Shown here piece after piece: positions 52,309 through 62,350 of a stretch of 64,000 nucleotides of DNA (the first letter of the stretch is position 1; each line of letters starts with the position of its first letter). The translations under genes were made by a program, and so were the position numbers. A model generated the notes under the pieces. It worked only from the letters and a program-made list of their open reading frames with translations. It had not been told where the DNA came from and did no database searches. This stretch comes from Candidatus Latescibacterota bacterium (GTDB taxonomy: Bacteria > Latescibacterota > UBA2968 > UBA8231): assembly GCA_963422735.1 (NCBI GenBank), contig OY730476.1, forward strand, positions 64,001 to 128,000, in the 5' to 3' direction.

Positions 52309-53025
52309 ATGGATTTGAGCATCGTCATACCCGCGTACAACGAAGAGAAGCGGATTCTCATCGCCTTGGAGCAGACGCTCGCGTTGCTGCGGCAGCGGCC
52401 GTGGTCCTATGAATTGCTGGCCGTAGATGACGGCAGCACCGACCACACGGCCTCCTGCATTGCGGAGTATGCCCGCGCGCATCCGCAAGTCCGCTGCGTG
52501 CAAAATGACCGCAACCGCGGCAAGGGCTATTCCGTGCAGCGCGGCGTGGCCGAGGCCGAGGGACGCTACATCGGCTTTATGGACGGCGACTACAAGACCG
52601 ACATCGCCGCGCTCGACCAAGTGATGCCCCTATTGGCAGCCGGGTGGGATGGGGTGATCGGCGACCGGACGCTGCGTGCAACCGAATTCGTCGTCGCGCG
52701 CCGGCGCTATCGACAGTGGGGGACCGAGGCGTTTGGCTGGCTCTTGCGCATGCTGATGGGCTTGGGCGAGTTCGGCGATACCCAGTGCGGATTCAAGTTT
52801 TTTCAGGCCGCGGTAGTGCGCGATCTCTGCGCTCGGCAGCAGATCGCCGGTTTCATGTTCGACGTGGAGCTGTTGCTGCTGGCGCGCCAATTGGGCTACC
52901 GCATTGCAAAGATTCCCGTGAAGTGGCGTTTCGACCCGGACAGCCGCTTTAACCCAGTGGTCGGGACGCTTGCCAATCTCAAGGATTTGGTGCGCATCCG
53001 CGGGGTGCATCGCCGCCGGTCTTGA
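52309..53025 (+). CDS. GT2 polyprenyl-phosphate glycosyltransferase (DPG synthase-like)
   Basis: LSIVIPAYNEE, VDDGSTD, NRGKG, FMDGD, DTQCGFK, FMFDVELL. Confidence 0.92.
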   Translation: MDLSIVIPAYNEEKRILIALEQTLALLRQRPWSYELLAVDDGSTDHTASCIAEYARAHPQVRCVQNDRNRGKGYSVQRGVAEAEGRYIGFMDGDYKTDIAALDQVMPLLAAGWDGVIGDRTLRATEFVVARRRYRQWGTEAFGWLLRMLMGLGEFGDTQCGFKFFQAAVVRDLCARQQIAGFMFDVELLLLARQLGYRIAKIPVKWRFDPDSRFNPVVGTLANLKDLVRIRGVHRRRS

Positions 53026-53029
53026 GCAG

Positions 53030-53122
53030 CAGTGGTTAGTGGTCAGTGGTCAGTGGTTAGTCCCCGCACCACCGGGCTGGGGAGGTTGGGACTGGTCGCT
53101 GATCACTAACCACTGACCACTG
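53030..53122. repeat. Inverted heptamer tandem-repeat element between convergent genes
   Basis: Left (Y)AGTGGT x4 + tagtccc; right gggactg gtcgctg atcacta accactg accactg, the reverse-complement units. Confidence 0.85.
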
Positions 53123-53124
53123 TT

Positions 53125-55422
53125 TTAGCTGTCGTCGATCTGGCGGATCAAGGCGGCTAGGCGCGCAAGGCACACGGTGAGAAAAATCTCTTGGGCAACG
53201 GGCGACTCTTGCCGCACCGGACTGTTGATGAAGCGGCCGATCGCAATGAGGACCACGTACACCGAGAGCACATCGTATGCTTGGTCGCCGGTAGCAGATA
53301 GTCCGTCGCGCACGGCGCGCACGACCTGCCGCATAGTCTCGACTAGCGCCTCGGCCTTTTCATCTTCATAAGCGACGACCACCTCCCGGCACAGGGTCTT
53401 TAACTGCGTGTGGTATGCCGCGTCAATGCAGCGGGCCGCGCTCAAGGAGTCCGTTGCCCGGCGCAGCAGGCGGGTGATGGCGGCGACGCGGTCGGTATCC
53501 TCGCGCGAGAGCAAGCGGTAGAATAGGTCTCTGGCACCTAGCGCACGGCAGACCCCGTTGAGTAGCTGCAAGCGCACGGCCGGGGAAAGAAAATCGGTCA
53601 GGCGACCTAGCGCGGGTCTGACGATGCGGCGGTCTTGGCGCTCGCCGAGAACGTCGACTAGCGTCGGGAAAGTCAGGGGGTCGAAATCGCCGCCAAAGTG
53701 CCAGAATAATAGCTCGTGGACTTCGTCGCCGCGGATGCTGGCTAGCCCGCGGATGGCGCTGATGCGCACCCGGGGATCGGCGGCGTTCAGCGCATTGACC
53801 AGCGGATCGATACTGGTCGGATATCCCAAGCGGCCCAGGGCCTCGGCGGCTTCGCTGCGGATGTCTGAGGCCCCGTCGAGCAACTCGCGCACTAAGGGTT
53901 CGGCCGCGCTTTCCGACCGGCTCTCGCCCAAGGCGCGGGCCGCGGCGCGGCGCACCCGGGGGCTGGCGTCGGCCAGAGCTTGGACCAATTGTTCAATGGC
54001 GAGGGGGTTGCCCGAACGGCCTAGGGCCTCGGCGGCGCGCTCTCTGGTTCCCTCGGCAGTGGCCAGGCTGAAGATGGTGGCGTTATAGGCGTAGCTGAGG
54101 ACATTGCCGCGCAGCATCCGCGAGAGCAGGCTGCGCGAAGTTGTGCTCCGTGCGTCCTTGACGGTGCGGAGAATGAACAAGGGAGCTAGCCGGATCAAGG
54201 TGCTGAGGGCAAAGACGACCTGCAATTCGCCCATGGACACGCCGAACACGGAAAAGCGCAAGCCCTCTAGTTGGGCGACGAGCAGGCCGCCCAACAAGGG
54301 GCCGAGCGCACCCATTAAATTGACCGTCACCGACCAAGTTGCCAAGTACATCGTGCGCCTCTCGCCTTGGGGCAACAGGCCGTAGAGCAGCGGGTTGATG
54401 CCCACTCCGATCCCGGAGAATAGAATGCCGCTCAGGATTAAGGCTACGGGTACTAGGGGGTAGGCCCCCGGCTGGTTGAAGGCCCAGACAAGAGGCAAGA
54501 ACGCGGCCGGCGTCATCAGGATTTGCAGTACGGGTCTGGAGCCGAAGCGGTCAATGAGGCCGGCCCAGAGCCGATAGCCAGCGATGCTGGTCAGCATGAA
54601 CAGGGCGTTGAAAATCGAGACCTCGGTATAGGAGATCTGCAGGCGGTCGAGCATAAAGACGCTGTAGAGCGGCCCGGCTAGCCCAACGCCCAAGGTCCAC
54701 AGGCCAAAAAAGAGGGCCGCGCGGCGGAAGTTCGCGTCGTGGAAGGGCAGCAAGAGGTCGCGCAAGCGCGTGCTTTGTTCGTCGGTGGCGGCCGTCTGTT
54801 GGGGAAAGGGGGCACGGCGGAGATTTAAGTAGCCCAAGAGTCCGAAGAGTGTCCCGGCCGCAAAGACCCAGACAAAGCCGCCTCCGCCGGGGAAAAGGTC
54901 GAGGAATTGGCCGATCGCGAAACCGGCAATTATAGCCACTAAGGTGCTGACAATGGTCTGGCGGCTGGCAAAGCGCGCGCGGATATTCTCCGGCACGGCG
55001 TTGGCGATCCAAGTGCTGTAAAAGGGCGAAATCGCATAGCCGCTGAACAAACTGAGGCCGACCATGGCCACCAAGGCCGCGAGCCGGTACTGCTCTGGGA
55101 CGAGGAAGGGGATGATCAGCGGCAGCCCGCGAAAGGCGATTTCCACGTAGCCGCCGGCGACGACAAAGCGCTTCTTGTCGCGGACGCGGGTGCTCAACAG
55201 GGGAGCGAGCAATTGCGTCAAAGCGAGGAAATACGCAGCCGAGGTGAAGAGGGCGATAAAGGTGCCGTCGGCACCTAAGTACAGGGCGAAGCCGGTAAAG
55301 GCCGCCGTCCCCAGCCCACAGGCTTGCCCCCAAGCGCCCCACAAGCCGCTGGCGACGACGAAGGACCGGAGGGCGCGATGCACTTGGCCGCGCGAGAGAG
55401 AAGGTGCATTTTCCTTTTCCAT
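53125..55422 (-). CDS. MFS transporter fused to C-terminal HEAT repeats
   Basis: About 12 TM segments, LIDRFGSRP motif; repeats RVRRAAARALG, IRSEAAEALG. Confidence 0.88.
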   Translation of the reverse strand: MEKENAPSLSRGQVHRALRSFVVASGLWGAWGQACGLGTAAFTGFALYLGADGTFIALFTSAAYFLALTQLLAPLLSTRVRDKKRFVVAGGYVEIAFRGLPLIIPFLVPEQYRLAALVAMVGLSLFSGYAISPFYSTWIANAVPENIRARFASRQTIVSTLVAIIAGFAIGQFLDLFPGGGGFVWVFAAGTLFGLLGYLNLRRAPFPQQTAATDEQSTRLRDLLLPFHDANFRRAALFFGLWTLGVGLAGPLYSVFMLDRLQISYTEVSIFNALFMLTSIAGYRLWAGLIDRFGSRPVLQILMTPAAFLPLVWAFNQPGAYPLVPVALILSGILFSGIGVGINPLLYGLLPQGERRTMYLATWSVTVNLMGALGPLLGGLLVAQLEGLRFSVFGVSMGELQVVFALSTLIRLAPLFILRTVKDARSTTSRSLLSRMLRGNVLSYAYNATIFSLATAEGTRERAAEALGRSGNPLAIEQLVQALADASPRVRRAAARALGESRSESAAEPLVRELLDGASDIRSEAAEALGRLGYPTSIDPLVNALNAADPRVRISAIRGLASIRGDEVHELLFWHFGGDFDPLTFPTLVDVLGERQDRRIVRPALGRLTDFLSPAVRLQLLNGVCRALGARDLFYRLLSREDTDRVAAITRLLRRATDSLSAARCIDAAYHTQLKTLCREVVVAYEDEKAEALVETMRQVVRAVRDGLSATGDQAYDVLSVYVVLIAIGRFINSPVRQESPVAQEIFLTVCLARLAALIRQIDDS

Positions 55423-55522
55423 AGTGAAAAAATATCGTTGCGATGTCAGAAAAGGGCAACGAATGTTGCCCGTAGCTGTCTGTTTGGCTTTGAGTTAGCC
55501 CACACGACAAAGGAGGTGGATT

Positions 55523-56329
55523 ATGGCACTCAAGATGGGATACGCAACCCTGCGCTGGCGGCAGCCGGATTTGGCCAAGGCCCTGCCCGAACTCAAAAAG
55601 GCCGGTTGGGACGGCTGGGAGGGGCGGTTGCCTCTCGACTGGTTGGGGCCGCCGAAGCGGCTGAAGCAAGTGTGCGAAGACGCGGATATGCCGCTGTGTG
55701 TATTTACGGCTAGCGGATCGCCCGAAGATCGCGACTGGGAGCACACCGAGCGCAACAAGCGGCGGATGGATTTCGCCGCCGAGATGGGCGTGGATTGCTT
55801 TATGTTTATGAGTGGCCGCAAGCCGGAGGGGCGGCCGGTGGAACGCGCCGATATCGAGCGGGCGGCCGAGGGGGCCGAGCAGTGGGCCGAGTACGCGGCC
55901 CAGTACGGGCTGGAGCTAAGCTACCACATCCACACCAACTTGCTGGTGGATTCGACCGAGGACTGGCGGCTGTACATGAGCTTGCTGGACAAGGCGCGGC
56001 TGTGCATCGATGTCTCGCACGCCGAGCTGTGGTGCTACGACCCAGTGCAGTCGCTGATCGACTTTTGGCACCAGCTCAACTACGTCCACCTACAGGACTA
56101 TGCGTCTTGCACAGTGCGCGAGCCGGGGCGCTACAATCCCGAGTGGGTTTCAGTCGGCGAGGGCGAGTGCCTCGACTTTGCCGGGGTGCTCAACGCGCTC
56201 GCCGAGCGGGGCTTTGATCGCTGGGTGACTAGTTGTCCGGGCGAGCCGGCTTACGAGGGCGAGGACGCAGTCAGCGAGGCGCAGCGGAGTGCGGGGATGC
56301 GCCAGTATTTGCGCGGGTTGGGGTACTAG
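55523..56329 (+). CDS. Sugar phosphate isomerase/epimerase TIM-barrel (IolE-like, AP_endonuc_2)
   Basis: GWDGWE, LSYHIH, LCIDVSH, YVHLQD, VGEG..DF; aaggagg RBS. Confidence 0.85.
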   Translation: MALKMGYATLRWRQPDLAKALPELKKAGWDGWEGRLPLDWLGPPKRLKQVCEDADMPLCVFTASGSPEDRDWEHTERNKRRMDFAAEMGVDCFMFMSGRKPEGRPVERADIERAAEGAEQWAEYAAQYGLELSYHIHTNLLVDSTEDWRLYMSLLDKARLCIDVSHAELWCYDPVQSLIDFWHQLNYVHLQDYASCTVREPGRYNPEWVSVGEGECLDFAGVLNALAERGFDRWVTSCPGEPAYEGEDAVSEAQRSAGMRQYLRGLGY

Positions 56330-58575
56330 CGCGCTTTGAACAGGTGCCGCAGCTGGTCGGCTAGCTCTTTGGTCTTTTCCAACGTCTGTTGCTGCATGCG
56401 GTATTGCCGCTTTAGGCGCTGGTAGTGTGTGTACTCGGCATCGGCGCGTTCGCGCTGACCCGTTTTGAGCAGGAGATGGGATAGGGAGCGACGGGCTTGG
56501 AGATCGCCGGGATAGTGTTGCAAGATGCGCTCAAAGCGCTGGAGGGCTTGGCGGTACTGACCTTGGTTGGCCTCTAAGGTGCCCATGCTGCGCAAGGCGT
56601 GCGCGTTGTCGGGATCGAGTACCAGCGCTGCGAGCAAATGGCCTTTGGCGGTTTTCTCGTCCCCCCGCTTTAGCAGCAGATCGGCTAAATGGCACAATCC
56701 GGCGAGATGATTGGGTTGATAGGCTAGTAGCTGCTGATAGGCTTGTTCGGCGTGCTCGGGCTGGCCTTGGTCTTCGTATAGCTGACCTAGCAGGTAGTGA
56801 GCCGATTGGGAGCCTAGTTCGAGTGCTCGGAGATAGGCTGCTTCGGTTTGGGCCAATCGCCCGGCAGCAGCTTCGGCTCGACCGAGGCGGAGGTACAGAT
56901 AGGCTTGATCTGGTTGCCGCACTAGGAGCTTTTGGTACTCGACCGCCGATTCTTGGGGCTGGCCCCGCAGCCGGAGAAAATCCGCTAGCTGGAGGCGGAC
57001 GTCGTCTTGGTCGGGATAGTGGTCGAGGAATTGCCGCCATGTGTGGGCGGCATCATCGTAGCGCTGGGTCGCCCCGTACATATTGGCTAGTCCCAGCAGG
57101 GCGTGGCGGTGGGACGGGGCTAGTTCGACGGCGCGGCGGTAGTGCTGCAAGGCGTTGGTTTTCATGCCTTCGCTCTCATAGACAGCGGCCAGCGAGTAGT
57201 GGTGGAAGGCGGCCACGTGTGGGCTGGTCGCCGCGGTCCCGGCGTTGGTGCCCAACAGCAGCAAGGCGAGGGCGCCAGCCGACAGATACAAGGGTCTATC
57301 GCGCAAACTAGCCAAGGTGCAAGTGCCATAGGCGGCCAGTAGCAAGAGGCAAGGCACGGCTGGCAAGCGATAGCGGCCCGCGACGAAAAACAACACCACC
57401 GACAGCATATAGACCCCGGCAAAGAGCAAGACGAGATAGGCCGCCGGGGTGCGGCGCTCCGGCTTGAGCAGTACATAGGCCACCCCGAGCAGGGCGAGGG
57501 CCGAGACTAAGCCAAAGGGGAACGCGAGGCCGTACTTCCACAGCAAAAGGCGCAACAGTGGCGAGTACTCAGTCGCGGAGTACGGATCGGTATTGCGGGG
57601 GATCTCGGCCCCGTACCAAAATAGATAGCCCTTGCGCAAGAGTAGGGCCAAATAGGCGCTCGGATCGGTGCTTATATACTGCCAAGCTTTGCCCAAAAGG
57701 TAATTTGAGCCAGCTCTTGGCTGGGTGATGCCGGCCTCGCGTTGAGGCAAGTCAACCACCTCGCTCCACCCCGCTCCGGGTCGCGCCGCTACGGTGTGGT
57801 CGTAGTCCGGGTTGTTGCCGAGGTAGAAATTGACGCCCACGCTGAAGGAGATGAACACCCACTCGCCGCCGACGATGCGGTTGCGCAGAGAAACCGGGCT
57901 TACCACCAGCAGCAGGCCGGCGGCAAAGATCGCCACGTGGAGGGCGCGGCGGCTTAGAACGGGAGCGGGCCACCAGCGATACACCCACCAAGCCGCTACT
58001 GGCGCAAAGAGCAACACATTTGGCACAGCCAAGGTGCCCAGCCCTAGGACGAGGCCGGCGACAAGCGCGGCAAGTGCATCGCCCCGGTGCTGGCCCCACA
58101 ACAAGACCAACAGCAGCACCGCGTTGAAAAGCACGGCCCAAGTTGTGGGCAACAGTTCTCCCTCAAAGTAGAGGAAGGGGCCGTACAGAGCCGCGCCGAG
58201 GGCGGCCGCCCAGCCCACTGACGGAGAAAAGACCTCGCGGCCTAGCTTGAAGACGACCAGGCAAGTGGCCGTGCCGGCTAGGGCTTGGAGCAGACGTGGT
58301 AGGTAGTAGTTTTCGCCAAAAAAAGAAAAAAGAACGGCTAGGAAATAGGGGTAAAAAGGAGCCTGCCAGAACGGCATAGGACGTCCAGCCCAAGTGCCGG
58401 CCGCCAGTTCGCGAGCGTATTCGGTATAGCTTCTGGCATCTACAATAGGCGTATCAAAAAAAGGACTGTCAGTGGCTTGGAATAGGTAACCTAAGCGCAG
58501 GCCTAGGGCCAAGACGGCTAAGGCGGCCAGCTTGGGCCAGTGCAGTGAACGCGCCCTATTTGCCCAAGCCAGCAT
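56326..58575 (-). CDS. GT39/PMT_2-like (GT-C) membrane glycosyltransferase with C-terminal TPRs
   Basis: LRLGYL...PIVDARSY, PFWQAPFYPYFLA, NFYLGNNP, RYRLP, about 8 TPRs. Confidence 0.88.
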   Translation of the reverse strand: MLAWANRARSLHWPKLAALAVLALGLRLGYLFQATDSPFFDTPIVDARSYTEYARELAAGTWAGRPMPFWQAPFYPYFLAVLFSFFGENYYLPRLLQALAGTATCLVVFKLGREVFSPSVGWAAALGAALYGPFLYFEGELLPTTWAVLFNAVLLLVLLWGQHRGDALAALVAGLVLGLGTLAVPNVLLFAPVAAWWVYRWWPAPVLSRRALHVAIFAAGLLLVVSPVSLRNRIVGGEWVFISFSVGVNFYLGNNPDYDHTVAARPGAGWSEVVDLPQREAGITQPRAGSNYLLGKAWQYISTDPSAYLALLLRKGYLFWYGAEIPRNTDPYSATEYSPLLRLLLWKYGLAFPFGLVSALALLGVAYVLLKPERRTPAAYLVLLFAGVYMLSVVLFFVAGRYRLPAVPCLLLLAAYGTCTLASLRDRPLYLSAGALALLLLGTNAGTAATSPHVAAFHHYSLAAVYESEGMKTNALQHYRRAVELAPSHRHALLGLANMYGATQRYDDAAHTWRQFLDHYPDQDDVRLQLADFLRLRGQPQESAVEYQKLLVRQPDQAYLYLRLGRAEAAAGRLAQTEAAYLRALELGSQSAHYLLGQLYEDQGQPEHAEQAYQQLLAYQPNHLAGLCHLADLLLKRGDEKTAKGHLLAALVLDPDNAHALRSMGTLEANQGQYRQALQRFERILQHYPGDLQARRSLSHLLLKTGQRERADAEYTHYQRLKRQYRMQQQTLEKTKELADQLRHLFKAR

Positions 58576-59041
58576 ATAGGGTGATGAAGCCTTGGGTCAG
58601 GATTTCTGATTCGCGTTCGATGCTTTTGAAATTGCGCCAATCTGCTTTGAGACCCACTTGGGCGGATACCTCGTAGCCCAGGTAGGAACTCACATTGGCT
58701 AGCTGCAAGGCCCCGGCGACCCCGGTGAAATCGTTGTTGTCGCGCTTTATATCGTTGGCGAAAGAGTACTCGATCCCGGTTTGAATGCGGGTGTTGTTGA
58801 GGATGGGAAACCCGAGGAGGAACCCCAGTACCTCGGTCAGCACCGTCTCCTCGTCGGCGGTGAACAGCCCCATGGTTTGGCGACGAAATTCGCTTTTCCA
58901 GCGCGCCTCGAGTTGGACGGTACCCAGATCGTAGCGGTAGCTGAGTTTGTTGATGACGCCAAAAAAAGAGTCCGTCTCGCGCAGGGTCGCGTCGTCGCGC
59001 TGATGAAAAAGCTCCAAGTTGAGACCAGTATGCCTCTGCAA
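58556..59041 (-). pseudogene. 3' remnant of a paralog of the 889-aa protein (18257-20926)
   Basis: FFGVINKLSY..LEARWKSEF..FPIL..SSYLGY..FITLYAGLGK versus FVGLINKVDY..LEPRFKSEF..IPLL..SDYLGY..FMTAYAGLER. Confidence 0.85.
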
Positions 59042-59223
59042 GGGACGGCCGCCCGGAGGTTGTGGTGGGATCTGGGGCCACTGCGCTGAGCTAGATAGGC
59101 CAGATAGTCCGGTGGGACCTTTGGTTGCAAGCGATCATCTCCAGCCCGACAGCCCTATTTTCAAGGCTTCGACCTAGGGTCGGTCCCCACCGCTTGCAGG
59201 GCCGAGGCGAGATTGGAGCGGGC

Positions 59224-59568
59224 TTAGCGGTAGGTGGGTTTGGGTTGGAGGGCGCGGCGGTAGTGGTCGATGGCCTCGGCGACCGCGTTTTGGCCGAGGA
59301 GGGCGTTGCCCAGTTTGAGGTAGGTTTCGACGCGGTCCGGCTCGGGTTTTAAGGCGCGGCGGTAGTGGCGCATTGTGGCGGCGGACTCGCCCCGGGCTTG
59401 GTGCGCGTCGGCGAGGGTGAGGTTGTCCTGCACGTAGTCGTCGTCGTCCCAGACAAAACCGCCGTTCATCGCCGGTATATAGGCCACGGCGGTTAGCCCC
59501 ACCAGTAAAAGGGCTAGCACGAGCCGGGTGCGGCGTTCTGATTGAGAGAAAAGTACAGGTGGGCACAT
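59224..59568 (-). pseudogene. TMTC-like TPR membrane glycosyltransferase with a large internal deletion
   Basis: N-terminal AYIPAMNGGFVWDDDDYVQDN joined directly to two TPRs (LGNALLGQNAVAEAIDHYRRAL). Confidence 0.8.
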
Positions 59569-59624
59569 GGAAGGCTCGGGCGTTGGGTGTATTGCGGCAG
59601 GCGGACTTCCTTATATTAACAAAT

Positions 59625-60770
59625 ATGCACACCTACTTGAAAATAGGTTCCTTTCTGCTGGCGGCCCTCCCGGGGCTACTGGCTTGTGGAGATTCGCACA
59701 CGGCCCCTACGGGAACTATACAGATAGGGGCAGTCGTGGTGTTGACAGCTAAGGTGGATGCTGAAATAGCCGCCATGCTCACCCGGGTTGAAGTGATGGT
59801 CGCCGCAGCCGATATGCCGGTAATGCACCGGACATTAGCCGTGGATGGGGATCGCATCGTCGGTGCAGTCTCCGAGATCCCGGCGGGTGCCGCTAGATTA
59901 TTTACGGTTGTCGGCTACGATGCGGCCGGAGCCTTGGTGGCCAGCGCCTCGGCCAAGCTGGATCTGGCCCCGGGGCAGTCTGTTCCCCTCGGTCTTACCC
60001 TCGTTGTTGAGCCATCGCCCGCCCGCTCGCAGCCCCCGATTATCGTAGAGTTGGCCCCGGGTGTGCCGCTGGACATGGTGTGGATTGAGCCGGGCGTCTT
60101 CACCATGGGCGTGCCGCTGGACGAGCAGGGTCGCAACGACGACGAAGGTCCTCAGCTTGAGGTTCGCCTGACCCAAGGGTTCTACCTAAGCCAGCGCGAA
60201 ATCACCCAGCGCCAGTGGGTGGCTGTGACCGGGGAGCAGCCGTGGAGCCGGCACGCTGGTGATGTGGAAGAGGAACCCGATCGCCCGGTTGTGTACATCT
60301 CTTGGGAAGATGTGCAAGAATTCATAGCCAGCCTCAACGCCGCAGCCGGTGTCCGGGTGTACCGGCTGCCTACCGAGGCCGAGTGGGAGTACGCTGGGCG
60401 GGCGGGCACGAAGACACCGTGGTCTTTTGCCCAAGCCCAAAAGGAACTGGACCTCCACACTTGGTGGACAGACAATGGTTCCCTCACCGGGCGGCTGGCT
60501 GCTCAGCCAGTGAGGTTAAAAGCGCCCAACCCTTGGGGGCTGTACGATATGCACGGCAATGTGTGGGAGTGGGTAGGCGACTGGCTGGGTGCCTACTCGG
60601 GGGGGCCGCAGACCGATCCCCAAGGGCCGACCGAGGGCACGGCTCGGGTGTTTCGCGGCAGCTTTAAAGACGCGGCTTCGCTTTCCCGCTCGGCCCAGCG
60701 CTGCTGGAACGCGCCGGATCAGCGTTTTAGCCACGTTGGGGTTCGGCTAGTGCGGGATTTGGACTCATGA
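59625..60770 (+). CDS. Lipoprotein with Ig-like domain + FGE-sulfatase (SUMF1/C-type lectin fold) domain
   Basis: Lipobox LLAC; FTMG, EITQRQW, PVVYISW, RLPTEAEWEYA, PNPWGLYDMHGNVWEW, GVRLVR. Confidence 0.9.
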   Translation: MHTYLKIGSFLLAALPGLLACGDSHTAPTGTIQIGAVVVLTAKVDAEIAAMLTRVEVMVAAADMPVMHRTLAVDGDRIVGAVSEIPAGAARLFTVVGYDAAGALVASASAKLDLAPGQSVPLGLTLVVEPSPARSQPPIIVELAPGVPLDMVWIEPGVFTMGVPLDEQGRNDDEGPQLEVRLTQGFYLSQREITQRQWVAVTGEQPWSRHAGDVEEEPDRPVVYISWEDVQEFIASLNAAAGVRVYRLPTEAEWEYAGRAGTKTPWSFAQAQKELDLHTWWTDNGSLTGRLAAQPVRLKAPNPWGLYDMHGNVWEWVGDWLGAYSGGPQTDPQGPTEGTARVFRGSFKDAASLSRSAQRCWNAPDQRFSHVGVRLVRDLDS

Positions 60771-61156
60771 GCGAAGCTACGCTGACCCAACTCACCGACC
60801 AGATTCGCCGCTTCGTGGAGGAGCGCGACTGGGCGCAATTCCACACCCCCAAGGACTTGGCCATTGGTCTTTCGACTGAAGCGGCCGAAGTTTTGGAGCA
60901 CTTCCGCTTCCGCTCCGACCAAGAGATCGCCAGCCGCTTAGAAGACGAATCCTTCCGCCGGGCTATCGGCCACGAATTGGCCGACGCGCTGTACTTTGTC
61001 CTGCTAATGTGCGACCGCTTCGGCTTGGACGCCGCGCAAATGCTGGAGGAAAAATTGGCCATTTCGGCTCAGCGCTATCCAGTGGAAAAGGCCCGAGGCA
61101 AAAACCTCAAATACACCGCCTACCAAGTTCCCTCAGCGAGCGACCGCACCTCATAA
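60767..61156 (+). CDS. MazG-like nucleotide pyrophosphohydrolase (dCTP pyrophosphatase-like)
   Basis: ERDWAQFHTPKDLA..EAAEVLEHF...ELAD...RYPVEKARG. Confidence 0.92.
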   Translation: MSEATLTQLTDQIRRFVEERDWAQFHTPKDLAIGLSTEAAEVLEHFRFRSDQEIASRLEDESFRRAIGHELADALYFVLLMCDRFGLDAAQMLEEKLAISAQRYPVEKARGKNLKYTAYQVPSASDRTS

Positions 61157-61213
61157 ATAAGCCGGCGAAGCTGTCTTAGTGGGTGGGCGTAAAGCGGCAC
61201 ACACTGTCGAAGG
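61150..61213 (+). repeat. 64-bp direct repeat, copy 1
   Basis: 55/64 identical to 63836-63899. Confidence 0.85.
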
Positions 61214-61550
61214 TCAATGGATCGGTGGATCGCTCCGTCGGCCAGCGAGAACGTACTGATTAACCTCCTCTCTGGAGCTGGATCGCAATTTGAATATAAA
61301 AAAAGAGATCCCTCCAATCTTCCAGCACCCCCTAGAAGCTCGGCTCGGCCCGGCCCGGCCCGGCCGTACCTTATCATGAACTGTGTCTGGTTCAGTGTAT
61401 TCATATTGTCGCCGATACCTTTACACTCGTCGAGTGAATCCAGTATCAACGAAGATTCTATCCTGCTTTTTGTCGCCGAACAGCTATCATTGAGCGTCGG
61501 TCGCGTCCGTTGCATATTCGTGTGGGACATCAATATAGCACCTTTTTGCC

Positions 61551-62344
61551 ATGGAAAGACCCCGGATGAAGGACTCTTCGATCTACATTCCCGCCTGTGA
61601 CTGGGACTCGACCGCATCACTGCCGCAATCTTGGGGTGCCCCGCCTCTTGGCTGGAAGTACGCCAAGCACCTAGTGCTGGTGAACGACACGGCACACGAC
61701 CGCCGGGGCGAACCGGTCGAAGCGGGCGTGGACATTCACGCAGGCCACGTTACCGACCTCGGCCGAGAGATCCGCGTTGCCCGTCTTCTCGGCGAAACCG
61801 ATCCTATAGAAGTCGTGCCGAACCAAGCGCACCTTATGGACCGCGAGGACGAGTTGCTGCGCTGCCGGCTGTTTTTCCTTGCCGATGTGCCCGCCGGGGG
61901 TTCGGCGACCTACCTCCTGCTATACGGCAACCCGGAGGGACCCGAGCCCTACTATGACACCGACCTCAAGGTCTCGGGCGAAGGGTATGCCCTCGAGGTG
62001 GAAAACGAGCATTACCGCGCGGTCCTCGACAATGTCATGGACGCGCTGCGCGCCACGAACGAATTCGAGCTCTACGTTCAAGGATCGCCTTGGGGGCAGC
62101 GCCAGCTCAGCTTCGTCGATATTGGCATCGTGCAGGAGGTCGTCATCGAAGGACGCGACATCCGCGTCGGCGTGCGGGCCGCGAAACTTGGTTCGACTGG
62201 TTTTCCGACGGCATTGAGGAACAGCTCCGCGCCCGCCTGCGGGACATCGGAGAGATCGAGGTACGCCTCGTCCGCGAGCCGAAATGGACCCCGCAGCGAT
62301 TGAGTGACCGCGCCAGCCGCGTCATCGGGCCCGGGGAGGAGTAG
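61551..62344 (+). pseudogene. Chimeric remnant: hypothetical protein segment joined to a frameshifted DUF59/SufT (PaaD-like) domain
   Basis: ...VENEHYRA / VLDNVMDALR..SFVDIGIVQEV..IEVRLVREPKWTPQRLSDRASRVIG with a frameshift near 62175. Confidence 0.65.
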
Positions 62345-62350
62345 CCTTTC

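Noticed and set aside
53030-53122. Possible CRISPR array
   Set aside because: The units are 7-nt tandem repeats without spacers, and no cas genes are present.
59625-60770. FGE-sulfatase/C-type lectin domain as a diversity-generating retroelement target
   Set aside because: No reverse transcriptase and no template repeat of its 3' end were seen in the window. The nearby 64-bp repeat lies outside this gene and its mismatches are not adenine-specific.
61120-61695. Minus-strand ORF with LILDSLDEC resembling a NACHT Walker B
   Set aside because: No Walker A or other NTPase motifs are present, and the ORF overlaps genes on both sides. It is probably chance or an unidentifiable scrap.
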